DNA of 64,000 nt from Podarcis tiliguerta (taxonomy: Eukaryota): the NCBI GenBank assembly GCA_965153285.1, contig OZ229111.1, one strand, 5' to 3'. Made by a program: the position numbers and the translations under genes. How positions within the stretch are numbered: position 1 is the stretch's first letter; each line of letters starts with the position of its first letter. Shown here one piece after another: positions 34,801-45,416 of the stretch. Below the pieces are notes generated by a model that made no database searches, had not been told where the DNA came from, and saw nothing but the letters and a program-made list of their open reading frames with translations.

Positions 34801-37800
34801 ATGAAGTATCTTGGTATATGAGCCTTCTCGCATGTACCTCATTCTTCCTAGCAAAGGGCACGTATTTCATAAGAAATTGTTGAATAATCTGTAATGTGCA
34901 ACTGTTTTTTTTCAAAAACTGAGCAAGGTGCTTCACAAAATGGTGATCATAATGCAGTGGAGCATTACACTGCGTACTTGATGCAATTACAAATGACCCT
35001 CTTTGCTAAGTCACAAATGTATGAAATTTCTGTGACCTACTTTTTCTATTCAGACTCTTGCAAAAGAGAATGAAGATTAAGAGTATGGAATCCAGCACTT
35101 CCTGAATGAAAAGAGATTGGCCTATCACAATAGCTTTTAAATACTGTTTCAAAAATATCCTTCTAGCCAAACTTGAGGCTTTTGAGTTTGGAAATGAAAA
35201 TGTACGGAGTGTAGTGCAGTTGTTTCTTCAATGAAATTGGCTGCGCTTTTGAAATTTGCCACTTTCCAGGGGTTAGTGAGAGTTACCCCTGCTAAGTAGC
35301 AAATGGTACCAGCCCAGCTAAGTAGCAAATGGTACCAGTAGCAAATGGTACCAGCCACTGTAACATCTATCAGCAGAAAACTGGCTATGCTCTGGCTCTC
35401 CGCCAGTAATTTTACATCAGTTGTCTGCCTATGCATCCTTCCTGGTTACTGGCTTGAACTGCTTTCCCCATGCTATACTATAGTGCTGTGCATGGTAGCC
35501 TGTAGGGGCGGGGAGTTCAGCATTGTGGTGTAGAGGTTTAGCAGCAACAAAACACAGGTTGGCTAGTCCCTTAACAGAACTACAGTATACAAATGTGTGT
35601 CGTCCCTTTCTGCAAATCTCTGTGTGCTGACACACTGAAAGATTAAAGGTCTTGCTGTCTTCTTTCCTTTGAAGATTTCCACTTTAGTACTAATTTCTTT
35701 GACTAAATGTCTTTGCTACCACTTTTAGAGAGTTTCCCTTGGTCATGAAGACCCTGCTTTCCTAACAAATCACAATTCTTGCAGTAGGTATAATACAACC
35801 TACTTACTATGCTTATGTTGCCATGAGAGCAGTCATATATATATATATATATTGTAATTTTTCATAGTTACAATCCAAGCACAATAGCCTCTTCCACAGC
35901 TCCAAAGCATCTCAAACATGATTAAATTATGTGAATTCTTATCTGGCACCCCAGTAATATTTCATCTGTCAGCATTAAATCCCAGTAATGATATCTTTAA
36001 CTATTTCCTTGGTGACCACTCTAGCAGGTACACCAGGGGATGGGTTGTGTGTGGAGCCTGCGGGGAGCTGAGAATTTGAAGTTGCTGCAGAGAAAGAAAG
36101 GCAGAAAGAAGAGCAAATGAGACAAAAGGCAGAAGATGGCGAAGAAAGAAGAGTTAATAATGATCAGAGAAGTGATTTAAGAGGGACAATTTTCTTCTCA
36201 AATGTTTGAATTCTACTGTACAGTATTAAATAAAACTGCTAAACTTCTAGGTCCTCTACATTGACCAGATTCATGCTTTGGCCTCTGCCAAAAATTCCTT
36301 CCAGTTGGTATGGTAGGTGGTTGTGGGCCAAGTGACACGATTCCATACTTGGTGGCCATATAAGAGATCAAATGGAGAGCCACTAAAGACTAATGTTGTG
36401 GTTCATGTTGGGTTGCTAAAGTTAGAGAGTCATAAAGTAGGGTGGGCAAAAGCCTTTCCTAGAGGATGAATGGAAGGAAAGCCAGGATGCAATGCAGAAG
36501 TGCAATCAGCTTTTCCACCTTCAAAATCATAGTGGTTGGGAGGAGAATATTGGATACACAATATTCACAAAATACAAAAGGTATGTCTAAATCTGAAAAT
36601 GGTTGGCATTCTGTCAGACATTTGGCAAGAAAACCCCACCTCAATCATATGCATACCTCCAGATGACTGGTGGGGTCACTGATGACCAAAAGTTCCTCAG
36701 TACACATACCTCTCAAATCTTTCCACATGGAAAACTAGATGTTTGGTGGAAGAGTTCTAGCCTTTTCCCTGACCTCCTTCTACATATGAAGTGAATCTCT
36801 TGTATGAAGGAGTATTTTGTTAATGTAAGCCCCCATTCGTGATCTGAAGAGGTACAACCCACACACAAGTTTATCACTTCAACAAAAAATGGACTACAGA
36901 GGCTGTGCCTTTTGAGAAAATACAAAAAGAGGACTGCTCCCTCTGGATCACTCGAGAATAGTCTTGACACATACTTGGATTCATAGGTCTGTTATCTAAT
37001 GTGCAGGGGTGGGCCGTATTCCCTTTTGTTGTTGAGTAACTGGCCACATTCCCTTCTGATTAATCTGGAGGTGGGCAACATGATGGCAGTGGACAAGGCC
37101 AAAGCCAAAAGTGAACAGGCCACCCACTTTTCTCTCACATTAGCAGGCTGGCTGGAGAAGGACAGATCACTATTGCCAAAGGTTTGAACTGATAGCTTTA
37201 GATGGCTTCCTCTCCTCCATGGCTCTCCATTTCAGCTTCTCTTCTCCTTGCCCCTTCTCGACAATTTTCCCTCTTTGGCTAGTGGTCTGAACGAATTGCT
37301 TACCAAGGGCTTCTCTACCCTCTCCATTGCTTCATCTCTTTTGGCTTCCCAACCACCAGTCTATCTTTTCTCCCCTCCTGCATGAAATTAGATTCTCACT
37401 CTTGGCCTAAAGTCTGTTTTAATGAATTGCTAGCCAGCAGTTTTGTGTGTAGTGAAGCTGCAGGGGCAGTCCCCATCATACTCATGATATGATTCTATAT
37501 TTGTGCATGCAACTGTATGCACACCACCATAGACGGAACAGTTGCAACTGTAAATCTGCATGCCATAGCACATGTGGTGGTAGTGCACGTGGCCTAATGG
37601 CCCCTTGCTCCTAAGGGAATTTCAGCTGACAGTTCTGTGAATTGATCCATATCCTCAGTATTGCTTTTTCTTAATCAACGAAGTTTATTTGCTCATTATG
37701 TACAGGTAGTGCTGCTATATAGGTAGTGGTGTTTGGATGTCTTCCCTTAGCCATTCCTTTTACTTCACATTCTTCTGTAAAAGCGGGCCTTTAATTAAAT

Positions 37801-40800
37801 GATGTAACATTTGATTCATCAGGTGTGTTCTAACCTTTCTCTCTTATCGTTTCAAACGCAAGTTTTCCCAAACATGTTCAGAGGTTCTGTTCTTTTGGGA
37901 ATTCTGGTTGTCCTTTTCCATTACTATGGGAAAGATGCAGGGGCTTGCACTGGTTAGAAAACAAAATTGGTCACGTTCTTGATTATCATGTACACAGATT
38001 TCCTTTTTGCTACCTGAATGGCATTGTGCCTTTTACAAACTCATTTTGGAAGAATGTGATGGCTTTCAAGCTTGGCCATCTTCTGAAGGATGGGTAGTGC
38101 CGATGTGCCTTCTATGAATAAACAGTTGACCCTCTCACTTCTAGATGGCTTAGACTGCAACAAAAACCTTTGCTGCAGTTTTGCTGAATTTAGCTGTACG
38201 TACTTGGAGATGGGTAGAGGGCATTTAAGGCTTAAACTGAATGTTTCTTCTGATGTTGCAGTGATCGCCCCCAAAGTAAGAGGGCCTTTCTCTCCCCCTC
38301 CTTTCTTTTTTACATAGATGAGCTCCACCTCCAGCTGTTAAGTGTTGGTGTGTGTATAAGCGTGAACATGTGTTAATTGCTCCGTGTGTAAAGGAAAGGG
38401 GGCATTGAGAACCACTGGGGGGGGGGGATAGACTTGAATCAGGAAGCTGTGATCCCTACTGACTCTACTTGACTAGATTGAATGAAAAACTAGGCTTTAG
38501 AAAAACTAGCTTTAGAAATGTGTTGTACATCAAACCTGTTTCCCTTAGAATATGAGATTCTTTTGAATTGCCAGTGTTACACACACAGATGTGGTGAATC
38601 TGTAAGGTTAGTAAGCCTGCAAGATCTAAGTTGTGTGCTGTCATGGAGAGAGTGTAAAAGGCTGGCTGCTTTAACTCTCAAAGTTGTGCCCATATGCTTG
38701 TTTGTGGATCACAGCCAGAAGGCTTCAGATTGAGCTGGTAGACACTTTAGTGCTAATGAGATGAGGGTTCTCTTCCATTGCAAAGAGTTTTGAAATACTG
38801 TGCAGAGTAGTCGCTGTGACACAGGAAAATGTTTTTTGAATCAGTGGCCAGTGCTGGCGATAAACAGTTAACACGATGGTGATGCTTTTGAGCTGAGAGT
38901 TACTGGAACAAAAAGCACCTCCAAAAACTGTTGGTTGCCACCTGCTGCTGAAGCAGCCTTTCTTTAAACCACTAGTTGTTGAAAACACATACCTTGTAGG
39001 GGCTTTCAAATCGCTGAAGAATCAATGTCTGCGAGGCCTCTGAATCAAGAACCATTCCAAATTCAGAGCAGCTCCAGTTAGAATCATAGTTGGGAATTAT
39101 ATATTGGGCAGTGGAATTGTTACAAATGGCTGTCTTTTCCCCCCACCTCAGAATAGCATTCCTTTCGAACACCATGGCAAGTAGCTGCTCGTCTCCTTCT
39201 CGTTGGAAAGCAGCACTGGGTGAGTCCATTCTCACGAGACACCAGCTTGGCGGGTGGGTTTGGATTCACTCCTGCGGGGACATCAAATTGGGTGGCTTTT
39301 CATGTCTTTCAGCACTTTATTTCCTTCTACCTTGCAGATAACCTTAGTAGTAGGTATACTTCAAATTAATTAAAACTATTTCTCCCCCCCCCCCCTTGAA
39401 AAATTGTAGTACTTCACTAGAATTGCTCCATAACTGTCGATAGACCAGATGGTATATTTGCAGGGTAACCTACAGTGTGGTACTGGAATGCTTAAGGTCC
39501 TTCATGTGGCATTTTTTTCTCGCTTGGAAATCATCTCCCAGTAAAGGACAGAGTGCATGCCTTGTTTAGCCTTCTGTTTTTCTGCTAATTCACTTGCCTG
39601 GTGTATATGTCTGTAAACCAAGCAGTGACTTACCAGGACTACTCAAATATGCAGCCTTCTGCTTCTAAGCTAAGTTTTAGCGTAGTGCATTATCTAAACC
39701 TGGACTTGTGCTTAAGCCCTCTCCTTACTATAACCATGAACTTTGGCCAAGAAAATCCCGTACAACTCATGGTTAGCGAAGAAGAACTTGTCGACCAACC
39801 TGAGCTTGGGTGACATGCTCAGCCAAACTTTGGCTTTGCATTTTATTAATTTTTATTTATTAAATTCGTTAGTCACTTTATCTTGTCCAGGGCAGCCCAA
39901 AGTGACGTACAACCAAACAGACAATAATTAAAAAAATCTGATGTATGGGTACACAACCCCTACATTTGGGAGGAGATGAGCAGCTGCTAGCTGCTCTCTG
40001 GGAATCCTCAAATTTGCATAGTCTCCATAAGCTTACTGTCTTTGGCTTGCTGTGATTTACGAACCAGGCCATTGAATCTTAACCAATTTGGAATTGTACC
40101 AAGTATAGGAGAAATGCCACATCTGAAGGGGGCCTTAGTTCTGCTAATCACAAGATTATTACATGTTTGCTAGTAAAAGTTAGAATTGAGTGTTGTGTCT
40201 TATATAAGACCTGCATTCCTGAGCAATTACAGTACCCTATTGCAACAAAACATGTGAGTCTTTTTTAAATAGTTGAGAGCCTGCAAGAAGTGTTGTTGCA
40301 GAACTAGAACTTTAAATAACATGCCTTCCAACACTTTCAGCAAGTCCATTTCCCTGAGGAGGATATAAATGAAAGGTTTCTTATCACTCACAGTCTCCTT
40401 GTATCTTAGCAGAAATTGGATCAAACATTTTCACAGCTATAAACCTTAAAATAACTTAAAACTGGATAGAGCAATAAAACTCAATCACACACCAGTATCC
40501 AGTACTGTGAAAAGTTAGGCTAATATTGTCTTTTAATTGCCTAATTTAAGTATGATTAGAACAGAGCATTAATGCATCCTTTTACTCTCGTCCCTTTCCC
40601 ACAAGCAGCCAAAGATTAAAAAAACATTTTCAAACTGACAATGAAGATGAAACTGTGCCTCTAGACTCTTTACAGGAGACTTCTAAATGATTGCATGGAT
40701 AGAAAATGAATGGATGCCTGTGAGAGCAGCAGTTCTAAAGCTTATCCATTGATTGATCTTTTTGTCTTGACGATAGGAGCTTCAGCAGAGCAAAATGAAG

Positions 40801-42779
40801 TGTGTGTGCGTGTGTGTGTGCGTGTAGACAATCTGTAGCTTGTTGCCAACCTGTAGAGGCTGTTCCTTTTGCTTTTCGGTCAGACTGAATTCTTGTTGCT
40901 TAGATGCTGTTATTGGGCTCTCTCCCTCTCCCCGCCATTGTTATAACTCCACATTACACTAATCTCTCACTACCTTATTTCTCTTCTCCCTGCTGCTTTT
41001 GTGTTCGTTTGATTCCATAGCCCTTTACTTTGTTAATTACATTAGCAAACTGATTATCCACATGGGTCAGATCATCTGGATAATCCAGCTGTTCATAATT
41101 TCGACTGAGCGGGAGGATTCTCTTCTGAACCACCTTGAATGAAGAGTTCACACTGGGTCCTCCTAACGGGATGCTTCTGCTTGTCTTGAGAGTGTGTTAA
41201 AACAAAGGCAGGACCACAGCAGAGACGTAGAGTTCCTGTACTTTGTACTCTGTGGGAATTTTTCAGCTAGCTTACCCCACTTCACATGGTGGTGGTGGTG
41301 GCGGTGGCGGCAGTGGTGGCGGTGGCGGCAGGGAATTGAAATGGGTCAGGCAGCAAAGATCAACATTTTAGCAACTAAAGTGGGTAAAAATTTCCTCTGA
41401 GTAAAGAACTGTAGAATCCAGTCCACTATCAAGGTCTTTGTCTGTAATGATTAACCTCTTGTTGCATGTCAAAACATCACCGCTGCTGCAGTTTGACTTA
41501 ATAACAGGTCCCTATGAACTGTGCATCAAAAGAATAGTCCCAATTCTTCCAAGGGTCAAAACTATGTAAACAGGCTATTTGTTGTCAGTCCAAACATTGC
41601 ACAGAGCTGAGTAGCTTAATTTTGGCTGCTGTAATACTGAATTTAGGATTCCTTCCACAAGGCTTGAATGGATCCTTTGGATGGATGGATCCTTTGAAAC
41701 TGTTCTTCTCACCATCAGATTTGTGCAAGCTGTTTTCCAAATCCACTTAGGTTGGCAGAGTTTTTATTCCTTTGCCACTGAAATTTTATTTTGTGGTTGT
41801 AAAGGAAGGGACTTCCTTTTGCACTGTCCCCATAACTTGCAGAATGCTTAATAGTTTGTTTGTTTGTTTGTTTTTTAAAAAAGGCGAACAGTGGTTTCCC
41901 ATCCAACACACGTATATTTGAAGGGAAGAGACTGAGGCAAATTTCATTCCCATTCTTGTGAAAGGAAACTTCAGTTTTCATTTTGAACCAAAAAGCCAGA
42001 GGACTTTCAGAGAATTTGTAGGTACCTCAGTGGCTGATCAAAGTGTTGGGGCAATTCTTTAGAAATTGTTCCTTCTTCGTTCAGGTATGCAGTGTGCTGA
42101 AGCCTCCACAAACTAAGACTGACAATGACTAGACTGACAATGACTTCTAGATCCTAGAATCCACTTAATCCTTATCACTTTCAGCATTCTGGTTGTGATT
42201 GAGAATCTACACTGCCAGGTTGGGCACAAATTTCTGACTGCAGAGTTCACAGGGGCCTTGCTTAATACTGGCATATGCTATGGAAAGGATCTTGTAGAAC
42301 ATATTCAATACAGTGTTGCTGCTAAAAAGATGGATTTCTTTTATATAACACTTGCATTTATCACCCTATCTCTTGATTTGGGTTTCATTACTGATTCAAG
42401 AGCTTACCCAAGTCATCCGGTCTTTTTTGCCAGCATGTGCTTCTTTCCTCGTTCTTCATACTATTTCTCCTTGTTCATGAGGTGCCTTTGTTGCCTTAGC
42501 CTTTACGCAAAAGGAAAATGCCATTCACTTCATGGGTGCCACCTGCTGGGTGTAACGGCGATTCCGTCAGGACGTAGATTTGTGCCCACTCATTTCATCC
42601 TTCTGAAGTGAATGCATCTGCTCAGTTGTATTTATGAGGAGTGGCCAAGAAGACTTTAATGGATCAGTTTTTATGCCGTTTCAGTAGGTGTGGGCTGATA
42701 TTGACACCCTGTTCCTTGGCTTCAATAGATTCCTGCTCTGGCGACGACCAGTATTCTCCAGTCTGCTGTGCATCGGTGA
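13446..42779 (+). CDS. CSNK1D: casein kinase I delta; isoform delta1 (415 aa) and, via the cassette exon, delta2 (409 aa)
   Basis: Exons 13446-13521, 19569-19679, 21677-21825, 23663-23891, 25062-25232, 26561-26709, 30262-30433, 30817-30956 (76/111/149/229/171/149/172/140 nt = 399 codons), then 42729-42779 (delta1) or 39152-39184 (delta2). [35 protein letters not shown] motifs; delta-type tail ending RMSTSQ. Confidence 0.98.
17389..17615. mobile_element. Tc1/mariner-type MITE, family C (related to family B)
   Basis: TA-flanked, CAGTGGTAC start, degenerate right TIR, AACCTGAA repeats shared with family B. Confidence 0.75.
18067..18524. mobile_element. two old L2 3' fragments in opposite orientation (about 18067-18230 minus, 18240-18524 plus)
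   Basis: L2 ORF2-end motif [13 protein letters not shown] at about 18243; (TAAA)n tail; terminal ~60 bp of the two copies are reverse complements. Confidence 0.7.
19569..19679 (+). CDS. CSNK1D: CSNK1D exon 2
   Basis: [36 protein letters not shown]. Confidence 0.97.
20170..20409. mobile_element. Tc1/mariner-type MITE, family A
   Basis: TA-flanked, TIRs, near-identical to 9520-9714. Confidence 0.88.
20992..21118. mobile_element. old hAT-type MITE
   Basis: same family as 44960-45090; TTTAAAG on both flanks. Confidence 0.6.
21677..21825 (+). CDS. CSNK1D: CSNK1D exon 3
   Basis: [49 protein letters not shown]. Confidence 0.97.
23140..23260 (+). mobile_element. CR1-type LINE 3' end fragment
   Basis: GGAGGTTTTTAAGCAGATGTTGGATGGCCATCTG...GTTGGACTGGATG...; reverse-complement match to 62231-62290. 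Confidence 0.65.
23361..23455. repeat. short ancient palindromic repeat (relatives at about 6580-6655, 19815-19900, 24000-24067, 26920-27010)
   Basis: recurring GCAATC.TA...AGTAA..CC.ATTGA....A.TGGGACTTACTT...GGATTGC pattern. Confidence 0.5.
23663..23891 (+). CDS. CSNK1D: CSNK1D exon 4
   Basis: [22 protein letters not shown]...DFG...[10 protein letters not shown]. Confidence 0.97.
25062..25232 (+). CDS. CSNK1D: CSNK1D exon 5
   Basis: [12 protein letters not shown]...[15 protein letters not shown]...KGYP. Confidence 0.97.
25681..26048. mobile_element. Tc1/mariner-type MITE, family A (longer variant, inverted relative to the 9520 and 20170 copies)
   Basis: TA-flanked, TIRs; contains the reverse complement of ATTTCCCTATGGGCTTGCTT. 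Confidence 0.88.
26561..26709 (+). CDS. CSNK1D: CSNK1D exon 6
   Basis: [20 protein letters not shown]...DWNMLKF; GTAAGT donor. Confidence 0.97.
28700..29010 (-). mobile_element. degenerate L2 LINE 3' fragment
   Basis: minus-strand translation ends [12 protein letters not shown], like L2 ORF2 termini. Confidence 0.55.
30262..30433 (+). CDS. CSNK1D: CSNK1D exon 7
   Basis: [15 protein letters not shown]...[11 protein letters not shown]. Confidence 0.97.
30817..30956 (+). CDS. CSNK1D: CSNK1D exon 8
   Basis: [23 protein letters not shown]...RMSTSQ; phase-0 donor GTACAA. Confidence 0.97.
35295..35352. repeat. short tandem triplication of AGTAGCAAATGGTACC
   Basis: copies at 35295-35310, 35321-35336, 35337-35352. 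Confidence 0.85.
39152..39184 (+). CDS. CSNK1D: CSNK1D delta2 cassette exon, coding part [10 protein letters not shown] (exon spans 39152-39219)
   Basis: acceptor cccacctcag, peptide matches the known CK1delta2 tail, donor GG|GTGAGT at 39220. Confidence 0.95.
   Translation, partial: NSIPFEHHGK
41288..41329 (+). repeat. (GGT/GGC)n imperfect trinucleotide repeat
   Basis: 13 GGY triplets interrupted once by AGT. Confidence 0.9.
42729..42779 (+). CDS. CSNK1D: CSNK1D terminal exon, delta1 tail [16 protein letters not shown]
   Basis: acceptor ttcaatag; 16 aa aligning without gaps to mammalian IPGRVASSGLQSVVHR. Confidence 0.93.
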   Translation: MPALATTSILQSAVHR

Positions 42780-44875
42780 AATGTTGCCATTGAGGGGCAG
42801 ATAATGCATGGCTGATCTCCTGTTACCAATGGCTTTTACTAGCAAAACTACCCCAAACTAGAGCAGAAGAAATAATACAACTGGATCTCTCCTTGCTACT
42901 TAAAGATACTCGCAGGAACATGGACAGAATCCAGCAGTTGCCACTACAAGAGGCTTTGGCCAGAAACCTGATAACCTTATGTGAACTCTAGCAACACAGC
43001 TGGAAGAGGAAGAGACGGTTTACAGCATTAACCGCCTGTTATTTAATAGCCATTTCAGTTCTCCCTCCACAGGCGGCAGCCTTTTCCCCCTTTTTATTGT
43101 TCTACTGTAACTATAAATCTTTTACTTGGTTTAAGAAAGTTTTGTATTCATTTTGCTAAGATTCTTGGCTTAACTCTCTGTAAAAAAAAAAGAAATCAAT
43201 CTCGTTTTTGTCTGATTTGGAACCTGTGTAGAAATGTGAACAATCCTGAAGTTTAAAACAAAATAAAAACAAGACTTGAAACTTCTTGTAAACTTAAGTC
43301 AGGCAGGGAATGTGTAAATGAATTTGAACAGTCTGCTTTTATTTTACACTGTTTACTTTTGTATGGTCCCATTTTACAGAGGAGTATTCTCAATATTTTT
43401 TTTAATACATTTTTATTATCTTTGCTTTTGGCTGTCTTGTTCTTCCAGGGGTTTTTTTTTTTTTAAAGTTCAGTCACCATGCAGCATAAACATATTTTTA
43501 TTCCAATGTTTATTCGTCTCTAGTACTGTCCAAGAAAGAGCAGAAGATAATTTTAAAGAGAAGTAGCCAAACCCAGTAGAGGTGATAAGATCACTTCATA
43601 GACTCTGAAGAACAAAAGTCAAAGCTCTAAAATAACCTGTTCAGGAAGGTTTTATTAAGTGAATGTAAAATGTATTCCTAGAGCAGGGTTCCATGTGAGT
43701 GACAGGATCCATGATTTCTGCTTGGTTTTTGGTACAGATGCCAATAAAATCTGAATGCTGTCACTGCGGTGTGAGCAGCGTTGTAGTAGGTGTGCTTCTC
43801 TTGAATACGCGGAGAACGACAAGTGCTTAGAGCTTGCTGCATTATGCCAAGGCTCCGAGCTATAAACAAAATGTTCCTGCTGCGAGATGCCAAGAGAACA
43901 TTCAAGCTTGTTGAATTCTTTAATATTAAAGTGTGCAAGTCTGGAACAACTGGCCTTCAGCTGATGATATACATAAGTAATGGCCAAAACACTTACCTTA
44001 GCAAATGAGTGTGCCAGCTATAAATATGGAAGAACCTTTGTTTTCATGAGCAATATATTTATCCCACTGTAATCTGGGAAAGTAGAAGGCATGTGAATCA
44101 TACCAAATACCACTCAAAGTACCATCAGTCCCACCTTGGGAATGAAGATGCAATACATAGATATGTTGTGTTACTACTTTTTAATCAACAAATGTGAGAT
44201 TCATGCTTCCTTGGAAACTTGGTGGCTAACAGAACTCCATGGTTTTATTTTGCTCTTAATTTGCAATGTTTTTAATTGTTTCAAAGCTTTGCCAGTTCCT
44301 TTTTAGTTTTGTGGATATGAACAATCTTGTCGCTTTCCTTTAGCTATGTTAGAACATTAACCAAGTGCTTATTTGTATTTTAAAAGTCTTGATTTGATGC
44401 AACCCACAATTGGGGAAGTGCAATGAGAATGTTTTTAAATGTTGGTCCATGGAGAATTTTGCATAACTGTATCACTTGGTTACTGTGGATGTTGGTTCTT
44501 TAGGCATGTGCACTTCCATTTTGTACAGTTCTACACTTCTGTGTGCTTTCTTTGTAAATACTTGTGGTCAAATGATGTAATGTTAGAGACTTATAAAGGC
44601 AGCCTCTTCTTCTCTATATATATCTGGAACCTTCAATTGCTGTACTATACTTAAAAAGTTGACTGATGCAAATTTCTAGACTTGTACTTGGTTGTGGGCA
44701 GTCTGCGCCCTTCCATTATAGTTAAATCCCACCATCACCTACTGAAAATATAGTTAGAATGTCTCTCTAAACCTGTGTACTGGTATCAAGTTATCTCGGA
44801 ACACCTCATTTGTATTACCACTGTATTTGTGTACTTTAATAATTGTGTAAATAAATTCATAAGGACTTCTATCTA
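42780..44875 (+). other. CSNK1D: CSNK1D 3'UTR (about 2.1 kb) with alternative poly(A) signals
   Basis: AATAAA at 43262-43267, 43743-43748 and 44850-44855; the last is preceded by several TGTA motifs and followed by a U-rich tract; transposon remnants resume at 44960. Confidence 0.7.
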
Positions 44876-44959
44876 TTTTGCCTTTATTTGCACATCTAAC
44901 GGGTTCTCTGCTTATAGAACAACATATTTATTCAAAGCCAACTGCCAGAAATTTTAAGG

Positions 44960-45090
44960 CAGGGGTGGGGAACCTCCAGATGTTGCTGGACTACAACTCC
45001 CATCTTCTCAGTCTTATCAGCCATGCGGTCTGGACCTGATGGAAATTGGATACCATCAACATCTGTAGTGTTATAGGTTCCCCACCTGGG
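44960..45090. mobile_element. hAT-type MITE
   Basis: TIR CAGGGGTGGGGAACCT; perfect 8-bp TSD TTTTAAGG at 44952-44959 and 45091-45098. Confidence 0.8.
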
Positions 45091-45416
45091 TTTTAAGGCC
45101 AGGCATCTGCTTTGACTTCTGAGCTTTCTTGTGGAGTTGATTTTTGTTTTGCCAGCTTTTATAGTTTAGCAAGCCTTTCCCCTTTCTCCTCCTCTTGTGT
45201 GCTCTGGGAACAGTATTGGTTTCTAGATGAGATAGTTGTGAAGACAGCAGTGTTCATTCTGCTGGGATGAGTGTGAAATTGACCTGGGGTGTGGCCACTG
45301 AAATTTGAGGGAGGTGATGTGAAAATTTTCTGGGAGTTCGATTGGGAGGAAATGGAAAGTTGGAAGTGGAAAAAGCAGGGCGGATTTATCACCAAAGGGT
45401 GAGATACACTGTAAGT

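Noticed and set aside
35030-35080. Acceptor-like site giving TLAKENED*
   Set aside because: No clear donor or poly(A) signal; indistinguishable from a chance pseudo-acceptor.
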